DNA of 64,000 nucleotides from IMG/VR virus record IMGVR_UViG_3300032038_000003, positions 146,315 to 210,314 of that record; one strand, written 5' to 3'. Shown one piece after another: positions 39,201-49,189 of this stretch (within the stretch, counting starts at the first letter, position 1; each line of letters opens with the position of its first letter). The stretch is from a virus. Lineage: Duplodnaviria; Caudoviricetes. The notes below the pieces were generated by a model, which worked only from the letters and a program-made list of their open reading frames with translations, ran no database searches and was not told the DNA's origin. The translations under genes and the position numbers were made by a program.

Positions 39201-40207
39201 CTGAATGGATCTATTTTATTAACGGTTAATTGTCCAGTATAGACCTTATGTGCATTATTATTCTCAAAATGATTAAGTATATAACCTTGTCGTACTCCCA
39301 TATTGTTTTCAAAAGTATTGAGTATGCGATTAAAGTTTTCTTCGACGAAATCATTAGAATAATATCGTGCAGCAATTTCTTCAGATTGAGCAAATGTGTT
39401 TTCGAATCTATATAATGCACGATCATTTTCTTGTCCAGTAACTATTTCGTTAAAGATATTAATAATCATACTATAAGAAATTTTTGCAAATATGTTTTCG
39501 TATAGTATTATATCTTTATCTTGTAATTGCATTGATAAAGCATTTTGAAGATACATATTTTTATCGTCTTGTTCAAGAAACATTTCACCTTCTACAAATA
39601 AGAAATTGTCTCTATGTGTAAAGATGTCTTCAAAAATGTTTAAATACGGCTTGATTCTATAATGAACAAGAGGAACATGTTCATATATATTTAAAATAAA
39701 GTCTTTATGAGTAAAATAAGACTTTAAAATAGTCATGTTATCGTCACTTACTCTATCAAGACTAATGTTTTCTAATTTACTGAGAAAGTCGTCGTAATAT
39801 CTCTCTAAAGATAAATTTTCAAATTTAGCGGTATAATGTTTAAATGTAGGGTACGCCATAAAAGATGTAGTAAATATATTAAGTAATGGCAGATATTTAG
39901 TTAGATTGATAATAGTATAAAGACGTATCGGTTTTTGCATTTTGATACATATTAAATCATTTTGTAATTCAATATTTTCTTGATGATGCTCAATAGGTAA
40001 ATATGAGCATAATAAAGAAGACCTGGTAGCCTTCTTTGAGAGGAATACCAGGTCTTTGAAATACTCTACGTCTAAAGATATACCATCTCTTTGATATATA
40101 AACTGATATTTATCTATAATAGAGTAGTTACGATATTCAAATAAAAATTCTTCGTATCGCTTCTTTTGTTGGTTGTCAAAAGATAGTATAAACTCTTGTT
40201 TCGACAT
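36251..40207 (-). CDS. Large virion-region protein with a long N/F/K-rich quasi-repetitive segment
   Basis: 1318-aa ORF, strongly biased composition over ~930 aa, more globular C-terminus. Confidence 0.5.
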   Translation of the reverse strand: MSKQEFILSFDNQQKKRYEEFLFEYRNYSIIDKYQFIYQRDGISLDVEYFKDLVFLSKKATRSSLLCSYLPIEHHQENIELQNDLICIKMQKPIRLYTIINLTKYLPLLNIFTTSFMAYPTFKHYTAKFENLSLERYYDDFLSKLENISLDRVSDDNMTILKSYFTHKDFILNIYEHVPLVHYRIKPYLNIFEDIFTHRDNFLFVEGEMFLEQDDKNMYLQNALSMQLQDKDIILYENIFAKISYSMIINIFNEIVTGQENDRALYRFENTFAQSEEIAARYYSNDFVEENFNRILNTFENNMGVRQGYILNHFENNNAHKVYTGQLTVNKIDPFRIPIKTLYINNISAFNKNALTYLNYFNTYAAFSMNGKGLIANQIEAFNKDNKTLYTDQYSSFVQNSNKTLNVQDLYEAVNKNVHTSLSVYDIIPFTKDIKYLYLNNTDSFSTSSAKLLFDTINIEFAMKYNANMYMSEIESFTLSYKDLSLHTGFNFFKDVYRFMFIDENNMFANMSKKHIYTLFKQDFADKGYHWIKIYNGINSVQKSKKAFQIVLNTNFFEKKSNKMYLNQNKDFFTKISKGIYITNTHTSINKQSKLTNHKLTMFELDKINHFLQGTFDLIFSNKYYKNLFLDNTAGFLYKEYKETSLNTDYVSDIFKEYFNVDNQQSVISINKVNKPMFTSEIIDRIMKHAKETEVFNTDSLLNKLIKSTFIQENLICDKLMHNADFISLLNTMVIKKRIQTSFFNNDIFIDKLPSGTLVNETLFINKMRYQILQESNISVYRNTKQICYENNLFLNKYLQAFISSNVYVTRDSSALDAFSQEWITTMRYAFMHQDITTFRNLQETYADDTGIWTFKQNLVDEFDQEFATIDKHTIDKHMKMYEALSVVRTNNFPAAFYDQYFLSKDIIVNTLPSLDEIHKIAKDLDVLTNDEIDWAWVYQEDEGFDDPFKIDELLLPENDSRYEDFEDILFNRKTLKPRNPVQIIDDYTFIAKYPNHYPIKDENGENAYKNIAVEYLDVRTSIMRKVFIGYYKLWQDHIFEFSRMTIPQSAKTILDYLYVWILMSFAEEDIPEALRVFRQVRWYLERGIIECSEYYITYEPDDLTSGKLDNTNLAIPSDLMPPDDSIPNNTMYIDTNRHIITNNPNTLGHEAHITFYIDNNRDTTISFSLHTLTPVYIILNEGLPNETILDTITLPTTGKMVYNIPYTGDTNIFTIKKLGADNHDNDFFIGNIVIVGMGSNGNLEINFNPKIQGNKVLNHVSQKVIAYMNLYNDNEEIMRQLVRGNVHLSEVYETLLTYWDLHWQDKDKGKRLTIKRT

Positions 40208-40223
40208 TTAATATCTCCATTTA

Positions 40224-41801
40224 TTATGATCCAATTTGTATGCTGAAGTAAACAGTAACATTGCTACCAGCACCAAGAGCGTTTTCATTCAATGTTAACG
40301 TAAGTGAACCATTGAATGGAACAGCCTCTGATGTATTCAAGTACAGATACTTAGTATTGTTAAGATCTGCTGTGAACTCTGTGTTATCCCCGATTGTACT
40401 TGTCGGATCTGCATCTGAGGCACTATTAACATCAATAGCACTATATGAACTATGTAATGGTTGAGTAAAGTTAATTTCCATAGCAGAGAACATATTATCA
40501 GTAAAGCCAACTGGGTTACCTTCTACTGGTGAGTAAGAATAACCAATCTTTGTTTCATCAACAACAGGATTGGTATCAGTTGTAATCATTGTGCTAAACT
40601 TAGATGGTAATTGTAATACAACATGTTTACCAGCTGGAATTGTAATATTTTTTCTATTGTTCTGAGAATTGTTAGTTCCAATGGTCGTATCATCAACTCC
40701 ATAACTTGCAAGTGCTGTTGGTGGAATAAACCATCCAAGTGAGAATGATTGTGCAATGTTTTCACGAATATCTTCAAGTCTTACAAGCTGGCTTAAAAAG
40801 CTAATGCCAGAAATATCTTTGGTGATATTGACTGATCCGTTGTCATATGACCATTTAGTTGTAATTTTGTTCTGATCTGTATTCTTAGAAGCAAATCTAT
40901 AAAGGACAACTTCACCTTTAGATTTAGAGTTCTGAATACCATATGAAGAACAATCTTCATTACTTAAATCTCTACTTGCTAAGCCAGTCACAGTATAAAG
41001 ATCACGATCCATCTGCCATGCTTCTGTGGCTGGTATTGTAGTTACTTCTCCAGTTGCAGAAACTAATGAAGCTGAATCGTTTGGAGTATAGTATGAAGGG
41101 AATGTAAACTCTAATGTTGGAACATTATCGTCATTTGTCGAATCAATAATACTATCAATTCCAATTGCTGTTAAAACATTTAAAGCTGAAGGAACCGTTA
41201 AATTAGAATGAATTGCATTCTTATTCGTATTGTTGTTCTTGATAAGATCCCAAATCTTTGTTTCTGTCCAGTACTCAGTAATAGTACCAAGAACCTCTGC
41301 TTTAGTGTACATAGGTACAGTAAAAGGTCGTCTAATGATTTCTACTTCATCACCGCTTTTAACAGACATCTGTAATGTTGCTGTAAATCCAGAAGAAGTA
41401 GAAGATGCATTATATGGTGGTCTTTTAATAACTTCACCATTGTTAACATTAACGATACGATTATGATTTACGTCTTCACCGCTATCAATTAATGAAGAAT
41501 TACCACTTGGAGAAGTAATATCACCATAAAATACATTACAGTATGTAGCAGCTTTAGAAGCTTCTACAACGCCTCTAATCTTGTCAGTAATACGTGTCCA
41601 GTCTGGATTATTACTATCAAGAATGGACGCAATCGTTTGTGCATCTCTGATTACTTTTTCTTTGTCCGATAAGCTTTGCGGTTGCACAACGATAGAAAAA
41701 TCTTGATAATCATAAGCTGATTTATCTGGACTTACAATTTTGGCTGTGATTATAGTACCAGATTCTACTTTACGATTATTAGTTTTTAATTTAAAGCCCA
41801 T
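40224..41801 (-). CDS. Beta-rich virion protein (Ig-like domains likely)
   Basis: 525 aa, S/T/N-rich, strong RBS, NGEVIKRP..ATLQMSV..F.VP pattern. Confidence 0.45.
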   Translation of the reverse strand: MGFKLKTNNRKVESGTIITAKIVSPDKSAYDYQDFSIVVQPQSLSDKEKVIRDAQTIASILDSNNPDWTRITDKIRGVVEASKAATYCNVFYGDITSPSGNSSLIDSGEDVNHNRIVNVNNGEVIKRPPYNASSTSSGFTATLQMSVKSGDEVEIIRRPFTVPMYTKAEVLGTITEYWTETKIWDLIKNNNTNKNAIHSNLTVPSALNVLTAIGIDSIIDSTNDDNVPTLEFTFPSYYTPNDSASLVSATGEVTTIPATEAWQMDRDLYTVTGLASRDLSNEDCSSYGIQNSKSKGEVVLYRFASKNTDQNKITTKWSYDNGSVNITKDISGISFLSQLVRLEDIRENIAQSFSLGWFIPPTALASYGVDDTTIGTNNSQNNRKNITIPAGKHVVLQLPSKFSTMITTDTNPVVDETKIGYSYSPVEGNPVGFTDNMFSAMEINFTQPLHSSYSAIDVNSASDADPTSTIGDNTEFTADLNNTKYLYLNTSEAVPFNGSLTLTLNENALGAGSNVTVYFSIQIGS

Positions 41802-41825
41802 GAGTTTTCCTCCTTTAATTTTTAG

Positions 41826-41853
41826 CTGCGGGTAATGTTTCCACTACCCGCAG
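41826..41853. promoter_or_regulatory. Intergenic stem-loop upstream of an RBS
   Basis: ctgcgggta..tacccgcag. Confidence 0.55.
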
Positions 41854-41867
41854 TTTGAATTATTTTA

Positions 41868-44800
41868 TTACGCTCTTTCTGCAACGCTTATGAACAAATC
41901 ATCAAGCATTTTGGCAGCTGGAATGTTTACTGTAGTTCCACTGATAGTAACATCGGTATCAATATTAGAATAGTGGCTCTTAGTAATCTTAACTTGACCA
42001 GTAAGATTCTTTACAGTAAACGATAATGCTTCGTTGTAAGGATAGTATTGATATTCCTCTCTTTGCTTAATAGCACCATCGATATAAATACCATTATTAG
42101 CATTTGTTGTATCAGATGCATATACAGTAACTGAGCAAGGATACTGTAACAGATCAAAATATGCCTGTCCAAGAGCATATTGAGTATTATCTGTCTTGTC
42201 ATAATCTGGATTATGTAAAGGAACAGATACATAGCTCTTGATTAACTGGTCATATACTTCTGTTTCGGTGTTGTTCTCTGCATCGTAGATTACTCCAGCT
42301 ACGCTTGACATATCATCTTTTGTAAAGAAGATATTTAAGTATTTATCTGGATGTGCATTGAACAGTTCTTGTGTCCAACGACTTGTAATCTTACCAGCAT
42401 CAGTTCCGCTTTGTTTAGCAATATCTTCAAGAGAAATAGGATAACCAACGATAGTAATGAATTTATCATTATCATATGCATACCGATGGATGTTATCGAT
42501 ATGAGTACCGTCATCCATAGTTTCGAATGCTTTTGTACCGCCAGTTAATCCAGTTAATACTGTATCACTGTAAGCGTAGTATACATGAGTAACTTCGCTT
42601 GAAGGATCGAATCCACCAGTAGGAGGAGTAACTACGATTTCTGATTTGAAATCATCTGTTTTTGCAGTACCCTTCGCAATAGTGAAGTCAATAGCTGCTG
42701 GAGTATATGAAGTGTCTGTACCAGGGTGATAAGTATCTGATAATGCAATATAAACGTTATCAGCATCATAACCTTTAACGATCTTATGAAGTACAGTGCC
42801 GTCTGCAAGAACAATTTCTCTGTTTTCACCATCAGATGCTGCGATCCAGTTAGAACCTTCTTTTACAGACCAATATACTTTACAGCCATTAGATAACTCA
42901 TGAGGAAGATTGATATCGTCATTAATAATTAAGCTGTTGCCCATAACTGCGATAAGTTCGTTCTTACCAATTTGGATAAGTTTAGAACTATCTTTGTATT
43001 CTGGTTCTCTTTCTGATTTCTTTAATGCGATACCATAACGAGCATTAGGTCCATCAGATAAAGGAGAGTAAGGAGCAGTTACAGGGAAGTATGTGAATGT
43101 CTCTTCAAGTTCTTCAGAAGACTTGCTGAAGTCTTTATTAATAACCAATTCGTCCTTTGGATAAAGTGAGCTACTATCAATTACAAGAGTATCACATAAC
43201 ACACCACGAGGACCGTCATTACCATGAGTAATTTTGATACGATCTGCATAGTATTCTCCAGTATAAGAAGATTTACCATACATAGCCTTACTCATATACT
43301 CTTCAGTAGTTGCAAATAAGAAGTGATGCTTCTGATAGAACGCTTTTGATCTTGTATGATACATAGATACACTAGTAACACCATCAGAAGTGTTTTTACC
43401 AAAGTCATCAATTGTTTCGATATCTATTACATTACCGAAAGTATCTCTGGTAATACCAGAAGTAATTACGAACTTCTCTTCATAGTAACCAAAGTTGAAG
43501 TATACTTTATAATCAGACTTGTTCTTTCCCTCAAAAGTTTTAGGGTTAATGTAAACAGCAACCTGGTTAGAACGTGTATCGCTAACTCCATAGATAAATG
43601 TACGATACGCAACAGTATCATAATATACTGGACGGCCTAACGAGTCTACGTTATTACCAAGAGGTAATGGTTCGTTGGTGTTTTTATTAATAACCATATA
43701 ACGAGGGAATTCATTTTCGTTAAAGAACTTATTACCAGTTAATGTAATATAGTAAACATCAAGACCAAGATCAGAAATCTGAGAACATTCTTGTTCTCCA
43801 CCAATCTTATGCGAATACTCTTTATATGCTTCGATATTACCGCTGCGTCCAGTTGCTTTTGGATATTTACTAGCGTATTCTGGGTGTTTTGTATTATTAG
43901 CCATACCAATAGCACCATCAACAAAGCAATCGTTAACAAAATCTGCGTTGATATGATATTGAGTAGCATAAGAATCCATTACTGTCTTACATGGAGTAGT
44001 ACTTGATGATGTATATAATGCAAAGTTACCAGAAACGTCGTTAATTGAATTCTCGAAAGAATCAATACGACCAATATAGCAACTTGAGATTAAATGTCTG
44101 TCTCTTTCATAATCAAGAGCTGGGTTACCCATAACAACGAGAGAAACTCTATCGTTATTGGTATTAACCCAATAAGAAATACGAGTATCAGATGTAAGAC
44201 CAGCAGTTTCTAATGGAACTAACAGTGTACCATCTGTAATACTTGTAACACTAACATCTTCATCGATATGATCCATCATGATCTCTTCAAAATCTTGATA
44301 CCAAGACAACTTTGACCATGGTGAAGTATGAGAATTAGTAACAGTAATATTACCCTTGTTATCCTGGATATTAGGTTCTGGACCAGAGAAATCAGCGTTT
44401 GGATTATCAAACATACGGATTAAACAATAGTGATTGTTCTCAAGAGCAACACTATCTGTTATCTGTAAAGAGTTTAAGTCAGTATAATCAAGATGTTTAT
44501 CATAGTTGAAACGAATTACAATTGTTCCGTAAAGAATATTTTCATCACTGACTCTATCTAAACAAAATTGTAATTTTTCATCAGAGAAAGCAACATTATC
44601 ACTTTCTAAACCACCACCAGAAAGATTAAGATATTTATCTGGTAATGGAACATAACGTCCTTCGGAATATAACTCTGGTTTTATTACATCAAGAGCCTCA
44701 TGACCATATTCATCTTTAACATTAAGTAACCCATTTGATTTAATGGTATAAATATCAACAGTCTTCTCAAATGTAAGAGTGACTCCATAATTGTAAGAAG

Positions 44801-45785
44801 TTTCTGTTTCAATATATGTTACCTTAATGTTCATCTCTTTGATAAGATCATAATCTGTTTCAGTAAATGAAGTTTTATTTCCGCATACATCACAGATAAA
44901 CTTATAAAGAGTAGGCTCTGTTTGTTTAATCTGGTTCAACTGAGAGCGTTGTAAAACACAAAAAGTTTCACGATTCGTAGCTGTTGGTGCCTGGATGACA
45001 TTTAAGATAGATGTTTCGGCAAAGATATTTTTTAATCCGCTTAAATATCCATCATTCGTTTCATTAGAGTCACCAAGATTAGAACCAAAGAGTAAATGAG
45101 GAATAATATCATCAGATACAGCATCAACTCTTTCTTCTCTAGAAGTCTTTATAACAAGATCCTTGTGAACTTCCTGTTTAACGTTGCTAGGATCAGCTAA
45201 TGCTGCAAGATCGTATATAACAGAAGCAGTTGATTTTCTAGCTTCTTTATACATTTCTTTTGTGATTAACTGAGGTACAATACCTTTCAATTCAGCATCA
45301 AGAGGATATTCTTCTGGATTTGCTAAATATTTAGGTTTGTAAATTTGCACATACATTGTAGTCTGTGCAAGATCAGAATCACCACTAACAGAAAGATCGT
45401 CGTTATCTAAGTTAGCATCTCTTGCAGTGGTTGTTGTTTTTAAAACAACGTTATTAGTAATTTGAGCAATCTGGTTTTCGAGTTTTTCAGTAAAACGAGT
45501 ATAGTATTTATCAATACCATCATTGGGATCGTTAGTATTGCCAAAATACTTATCTCTTGTATTGATATGTTCATATCCATCAAATGACGAATCAACAGTA
45601 GGATACACAATATCCCAGTTTTTAACACGCATTGGGATAGTCTGTTTCTGACCGTTGCTGTCAATGTATGTTTCTTTTACACCAAGAGAAAGAACTTTTG
45701 CAATTTCTTTTACGAAATCGCCAGCAGCACAAACGCCTTCGTAGTATCTGAACTTTCTGTACTCGTTAGTGTTATTTTGAGCCAT
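41868..45785 (-). CDS. Large virion structural protein (1305 aa)
   Basis: Own late-promoter motif and AAGGAGGT RBS; lies between head and fibre modules. Confidence 0.6.
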   Translation of the reverse strand: MAQNNTNEYRKFRYYEGVCAAGDFVKEIAKVLSLGVKETYIDSNGQKQTIPMRVKNWDIVYPTVDSSFDGYEHINTRDKYFGNTNDPNDGIDKYYTRFTEKLENQIAQITNNVVLKTTTTARDANLDNDDLSVSGDSDLAQTTMYVQIYKPKYLANPEEYPLDAELKGIVPQLITKEMYKEARKSTASVIYDLAALADPSNVKQEVHKDLVIKTSREERVDAVSDDIIPHLLFGSNLGDSNETNDGYLSGLKNIFAETSILNVIQAPTATNRETFCVLQRSQLNQIKQTEPTLYKFICDVCGNKTSFTETDYDLIKEMNIKVTYIETETSYNYGVTLTFEKTVDIYTIKSNGLLNVKDEYGHEALDVIKPELYSEGRYVPLPDKYLNLSGGGLESDNVAFSDEKLQFCLDRVSDENILYGTIVIRFNYDKHLDYTDLNSLQITDSVALENNHYCLIRMFDNPNADFSGPEPNIQDNKGNITVTNSHTSPWSKLSWYQDFEEIMMDHIDEDVSVTSITDGTLLVPLETAGLTSDTRISYWVNTNNDRVSLVVMGNPALDYERDRHLISSCYIGRIDSFENSINDVSGNFALYTSSSTTPCKTVMDSYATQYHINADFVNDCFVDGAIGMANNTKHPEYASKYPKATGRSGNIEAYKEYSHKIGGEQECSQISDLGLDVYYITLTGNKFFNENEFPRYMVINKNTNEPLPLGNNVDSLGRPVYYDTVAYRTFIYGVSDTRSNQVAVYINPKTFEGKNKSDYKVYFNFGYYEEKFVITSGITRDTFGNVIDIETIDDFGKNTSDGVTSVSMYHTRSKAFYQKHHFLFATTEEYMSKAMYGKSSYTGEYYADRIKITHGNDGPRGVLCDTLVIDSSSLYPKDELVINKDFSKSSEELEETFTYFPVTAPYSPLSDGPNARYGIALKKSEREPEYKDSSKLIQIGKNELIAVMGNSLIINDDINLPHELSNGCKVYWSVKEGSNWIAASDGENREIVLADGTVLHKIVKGYDADNVYIALSDTYHPGTDTSYTPAAIDFTIAKGTAKTDDFKSEIVVTPPTGGFDPSSEVTHVYYAYSDTVLTGLTGGTKAFETMDDGTHIDNIHRYAYDNDKFITIVGYPISLEDIAKQSGTDAGKITSRWTQELFNAHPDKYLNIFFTKDDMSSVAGVIYDAENNTETEVYDQLIKSYVSVPLHNPDYDKTDNTQYALGQAYFDLLQYPCSVTVYASDTTNANNGIYIDGAIKQREEYQYYPYNEALSFTVKNLTGQVKITKSHYSNIDTDVTISGTTVNIPAAKMLDDLFISVAERA

Positions 45786-45815
45786 TGACTTTACCTCCTT
45801 CTGAAGATTTCTCTA

Positions 45816-45829
45816 TATTATAATATACA
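45816..45829 (-). promoter_or_regulatory. Putative late promoter TGTATATTATAATA
   Basis: Exact copy of the 14-mer. Confidence 0.6.
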
Positions 45830-45857
45830 TTCTAAGAATAAATTTTGCTACAATTTA

Positions 45858-46412
45858 TTATATAGTATAATCCGTTGTAACGCTATTTAATTCTTTTTCT
45901 GCATCAGCACCTACGCCTAAAGCATTTTCTGGTTCTGATAATTTAAAAACATCAAGTATCTCTGGATTAAGTAATTCGTCTGTTGTTTTTTCTCGTAATA
46001 ATCTTATACCCAACCAGACTTTTTTGGAAGTACCACTCATATTAACAAATTTAAGCTTGAAGTTGGATTGTGGTTCAAGTTTATAAACATACGTAGCGGT
46101 TCCTATATAGAGACCTTCTTTTACTTCAGTAGGAAACCATGTATCAAACCATCTTTCATTATTAACCCAAAGGTTATAGTAATCATTCTCTCCGTAACCA
46201 GAGCATGTTACCACTAATGATAAAAGTTCCATTTCTTCGTTAGGGCTGGTCCATTCAAGATCGTATATGCCCTCAACAGCTGGTAAGTTCATCATTAGCA
46301 TTTTATTATATGGTTGTGATAATTGAGCAAAGTTCTTGATTTCTTTAACGTATTCGACACGTTTAACTTTATCAAGTTCTCCACCCGCTACATAAACAAC
46401 GTGGAATGCCAT
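45858..46412 (-). CDS. Virion structural protein (hypothetical)
   Basis: 184-aa beta-rich ORF in the head module. Confidence 0.45.
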   Translation of the reverse strand: MAFHVVYVAGGELDKVKRVEYVKEIKNFAQLSQPYNKMLMMNLPAVEGIYDLEWTSPNEEMELLSLVVTCSGYGENDYYNLWVNNERWFDTWFPTEVKEGLYIGTATYVYKLEPQSNFKLKFVNMSGTSKKVWLGIRLLREKTTDELLNPEILDVFKLSEPENALGVGADAEKELNSVTTDYTI

Positions 46413-46413
46413 A

Positions 46414-47493
46414 TTATCCCTCTTCTCCAGTTTCTTCTATAGGTTCTTCTATTGGTTCTGTTGGTTCTTCTTCTGGCTCTTCTTCCTCTTCTGGAGGATT
46501 GATAAGATCTGGAGTAAAGATAATATATGTTACGTCATAATAAGAGTCATACACTACTGACCAAGAACCAGATATTGATTCGTGTGAGTATTCTTCATGA
46601 TCATCGTCAAGCGATTCTCCATATATATAACAATCATTAAGATTGATTCGTGATTCGTCTAACTTCCCTTTTATTTTAATATAGATAATATTAGTTTTCA
46701 ATGAATTGTTTATACTGTTAGGCTGAGGGAAATATTCAAGTATCTCAACAGGATCAACAAGTCCATCGAAGAAGTCATCGAATGCAAGCATTTCTGGAGT
46801 GTCTTCTTGTGCGATAACGGCATCTGTAATTGGTTTAATAAAGATTTGGTGAGTATCGCTCCATTCACCATTCTCACTTTTTACTCTGATAAAATACATT
46901 CCTTCTTGAGCATCAAATTTTGGAGTATAAGATATATCGTCTTCATATTCATTACCAGGAATAACTTCATCCAAAATTAAAAGCTCGAAAGAATTATTCT
47001 TTGAGATTTGGAATACATAAGATGGAGATTTTTGGTTATGCCATTTAAAAGTAGGAATTTCACTTGTGATGTTTCCATACTGTGGACTAACAATCTCGCA
47101 TCTTGGATAGCTGGCAACTTTTTCTGTATAAAATACAGAGATATATTTTTGTACCAGAGTATTTCCAATAATATCTGCTATTTTGTCATTCAACACAACA
47201 ATGTATGAACTATTTGTATTAAATGGCTTTTCTGGAGTATAAGTAAGAACTCTGTCCTTATAGTTTATACTACCTTTAACAACAGCATATTTAGAATAAT
47301 CTTTCAAGCTATTAGCGTTTTTATAGATTTTATTATAGTCCTCAAATACGACTATGTTTTTAGTAAGAGTAGAAGGATTAATATCAGAAGTAAAAGTAAC
47401 GTCAATGGTACTATTCACATTGACGTTACTTTCTGAATGTGAAGGAGACACAGATAATACTCTTAAACCTACTGTTTCATTTTGATTATTCAT
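46414..47493 (-). CDS. Ig-like (Big_5/SbsA-type) domain virion protein
   Basis: VLSVSPSHSESNVNVNSTIDVTFTSDINPSTL..LTYTPEKPF..Y.VVL..I.DIIGN.L. Confidence 0.75.
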   Translation of the reverse strand: MNNQNETVGLRVLSVSPSHSESNVNVNSTIDVTFTSDINPSTLTKNIVVFEDYNKIYKNANSLKDYSKYAVVKGSINYKDRVLTYTPEKPFNTNSSYIVVLNDKIADIIGNTLVQKYISVFYTEKVASYPRCEIVSPQYGNITSEIPTFKWHNQKSPSYVFQISKNNSFELLILDEVIPGNEYEDDISYTPKFDAQEGMYFIRVKSENGEWSDTHQIFIKPITDAVIAQEDTPEMLAFDDFFDGLVDPVEILEYFPQPNSINNSLKTNIIYIKIKGKLDESRINLNDCYIYGESLDDDHEEYSHESISGSWSVVYDSYYDVTYIIFTPDLINPPEEEEEPEEEPTEPIEEPIEETGEEG

Positions 47494-47521
47494 GCGTCTC
47501 GCTCCTTATTTTTAGATTTAA

Positions 47522-47914
47522 TTATGCCTTCTTTTGTCTACCCCTTTTTGGACTAGGTTTTTCTGAAGGTTCAGCTGGAGCTTCTTGTTGAGCTGGTTTA
47601 GATTCTACTTGTGCAGTTTCCTCCTTAACTTCTTCAACAGGTGCTGCTACTGTTTCTTCTTCAATTGAAGGCATAGCCTCTGTTGCTTTTACTCCTTCTG
47701 CCTGTACTGGTTTAGCTTCTGGTTTAGCAGTTTTCTGTCCTGTTACGTTATTATCAGATACTTCGATAATAGATTTGGACTTAAGCCCTCTTGAGATGTA
47801 AGGGGTAACCTCGTTGACAAATGCAACGGGGTTACTCCTTGTAAGATGCACTTTTGAAACAGGACAGAAGAAAGCATAATTACCAGGCTTGTTAAAATTT
47901 AATTGTAACTTCAT
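47522..47914 (-). CDS. Head-associated small protein with a low-complexity acidic tail
   Basis: Follows the major capsid gene; A/E/P-rich C-terminus. Confidence 0.45.
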   Translation of the reverse strand: MKLQLNFNKPGNYAFFCPVSKVHLTRSNPVAFVNEVTPYISRGLKSKSIIEVSDNNVTGQKTAKPEAKPVQAEGVKATEAMPSIEEETVAAPVEEVKEETAQVESKPAQQEAPAEPSEKPSPKRGRQKKA

Positions 47915-47945
47915 TATGTCTTCCTCCTGTTTTTATTCTGCCAAA

Positions 47946-49121
47946 TTATTTCTCGATAGTATATACACGCTCAGGTGTAGCGTAGCTACGAGCCATGCTA
48001 ATGTTCTTAGCAGAGCAGATTGCACGACCTTCGTTATAAGTACCGAAGCCATAACGCTCGATAACTTTAACGTTGTTAAGGTCACGAGAAGGATCACGGA
48101 ACTCTTCTGTCTTGAGTTCATCCTTAACGATCTGTACACCAACGTTATTTCTGTCTACGCAGAAGATATCGAATGTCTTATCGTAAACATCGATAGGAGC
48201 GAAAGGAGAAAGGTTAACGTTGAATGCGAAAGGTAATCTACCCTGGATGCTCTCTGGTCCAAGTTTGAACTGAGCATTAGGCATTTCTCTCTTGATGTCT
48301 CTGTCGTAAGGAGCTGTAAGAGAACCAGTTAAGCCGTTCTTTGCGAATACAGACCATACGAGTGGATGCATAACGAGATCTGTAGGAACATACTCGTTAT
48401 TGTAAACAGCGATGATAAGGTCAAGTAAGTCATCGATTGAAAGAGTATCGTTAAGATTTCCTTCGAAATCAAGACCAGTTGTACCAGCTGCTGGGATCTT
48501 TGCTCTCTGCTTGTTATCGAATACTGTCCAACCATGACGAAGCCATTCATTGAACGCTTTCTCTTCCTTAAGACGAGCCATTGCACGACCAGCTTCTTGT
48601 AATAATACAGATACAAGATCGAACTCAAGATCACTCTTTAATTCGTCGGAATACTGGATACGAACACCAGATTTTCCTACATGAATCATTGAGTTCTTGT
48701 GAAGCTGCCAGTCTACAGTCTCCTCTGGAATTTCCTGTCCTTCAGCAACATCGTGTGCTCTCATAACACCGATTGAAGGGAAAAGGACTGCGGAGCCATT
48801 CTGAAGACGAATCTTCTTATAGAACTTGGATGCAAGATATACAGGGTCTGCTGCCTGTCTCATTGTACCAATGATAACTCTTGGGATTAACACCTTAGCT
48901 GAAGGTGATGCTAAAAAGTCCTTAAAGTTGAAACCTGGAACTGTCTTACCGTCAAGAGTCTCAAGCCAAGCAGCCTGGATTTTCTTGTCATCTTCAGTCA
49001 GTTCGTATTGGTCAAGCTCTTTGTCAGTTAAATACTGTCCATTCTGAAGCTTTTTCTGAAGCTCGTCCTGGATCTTGGCATTAGCTTGAGCCATATTATC
49101 CATAATGTTTGTTAAAGCCAT
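47946..49121 (-). CDS. Major capsid protein (HK97 fold)
   Basis: VAEGQEIPE..GKSGVRIQYSDE..AGRAMARLKEEKAF..PTDLVMHPLVW..ERYGFG; strong RBS; position. Confidence 0.9.
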   Translation of the reverse strand: MALTNIMDNMAQANAKIQDELQKKLQNGQYLTDKELDQYELTEDDKKIQAAWLETLDGKTVPGFNFKDFLASPSAKVLIPRVIIGTMRQAADPVYLASKFYKKIRLQNGSAVLFPSIGVMRAHDVAEGQEIPEETVDWQLHKNSMIHVGKSGVRIQYSDELKSDLEFDLVSVLLQEAGRAMARLKEEKAFNEWLRHGWTVFDNKQRAKIPAAGTTGLDFEGNLNDTLSIDDLLDLIIAVYNNEYVPTDLVMHPLVWSVFAKNGLTGSLTAPYDRDIKREMPNAQFKLGPESIQGRLPFAFNVNLSPFAPIDVYDKTFDIFCVDRNNVGVQIVKDELKTEEFRDPSRDLNNVKVIERYGFGTYNEGRAICSAKNISMARSYATPERVYTIEK

Positions 49122-49146
49122 TATTTTATCCTCCTTATGATTATTT

Positions 49147-49174
49147 GCTGGCTCGCTCTTTTGAGTGAGCCAGC
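49147..49174. promoter_or_regulatory. Intergenic stem-loop directly upstream of the capsid RBS
   Basis: gctggctcgctc-tttt-gagtgagccagc. Confidence 0.6.
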
Positions 49175-49189
49175 TTGATCTATTTTACA

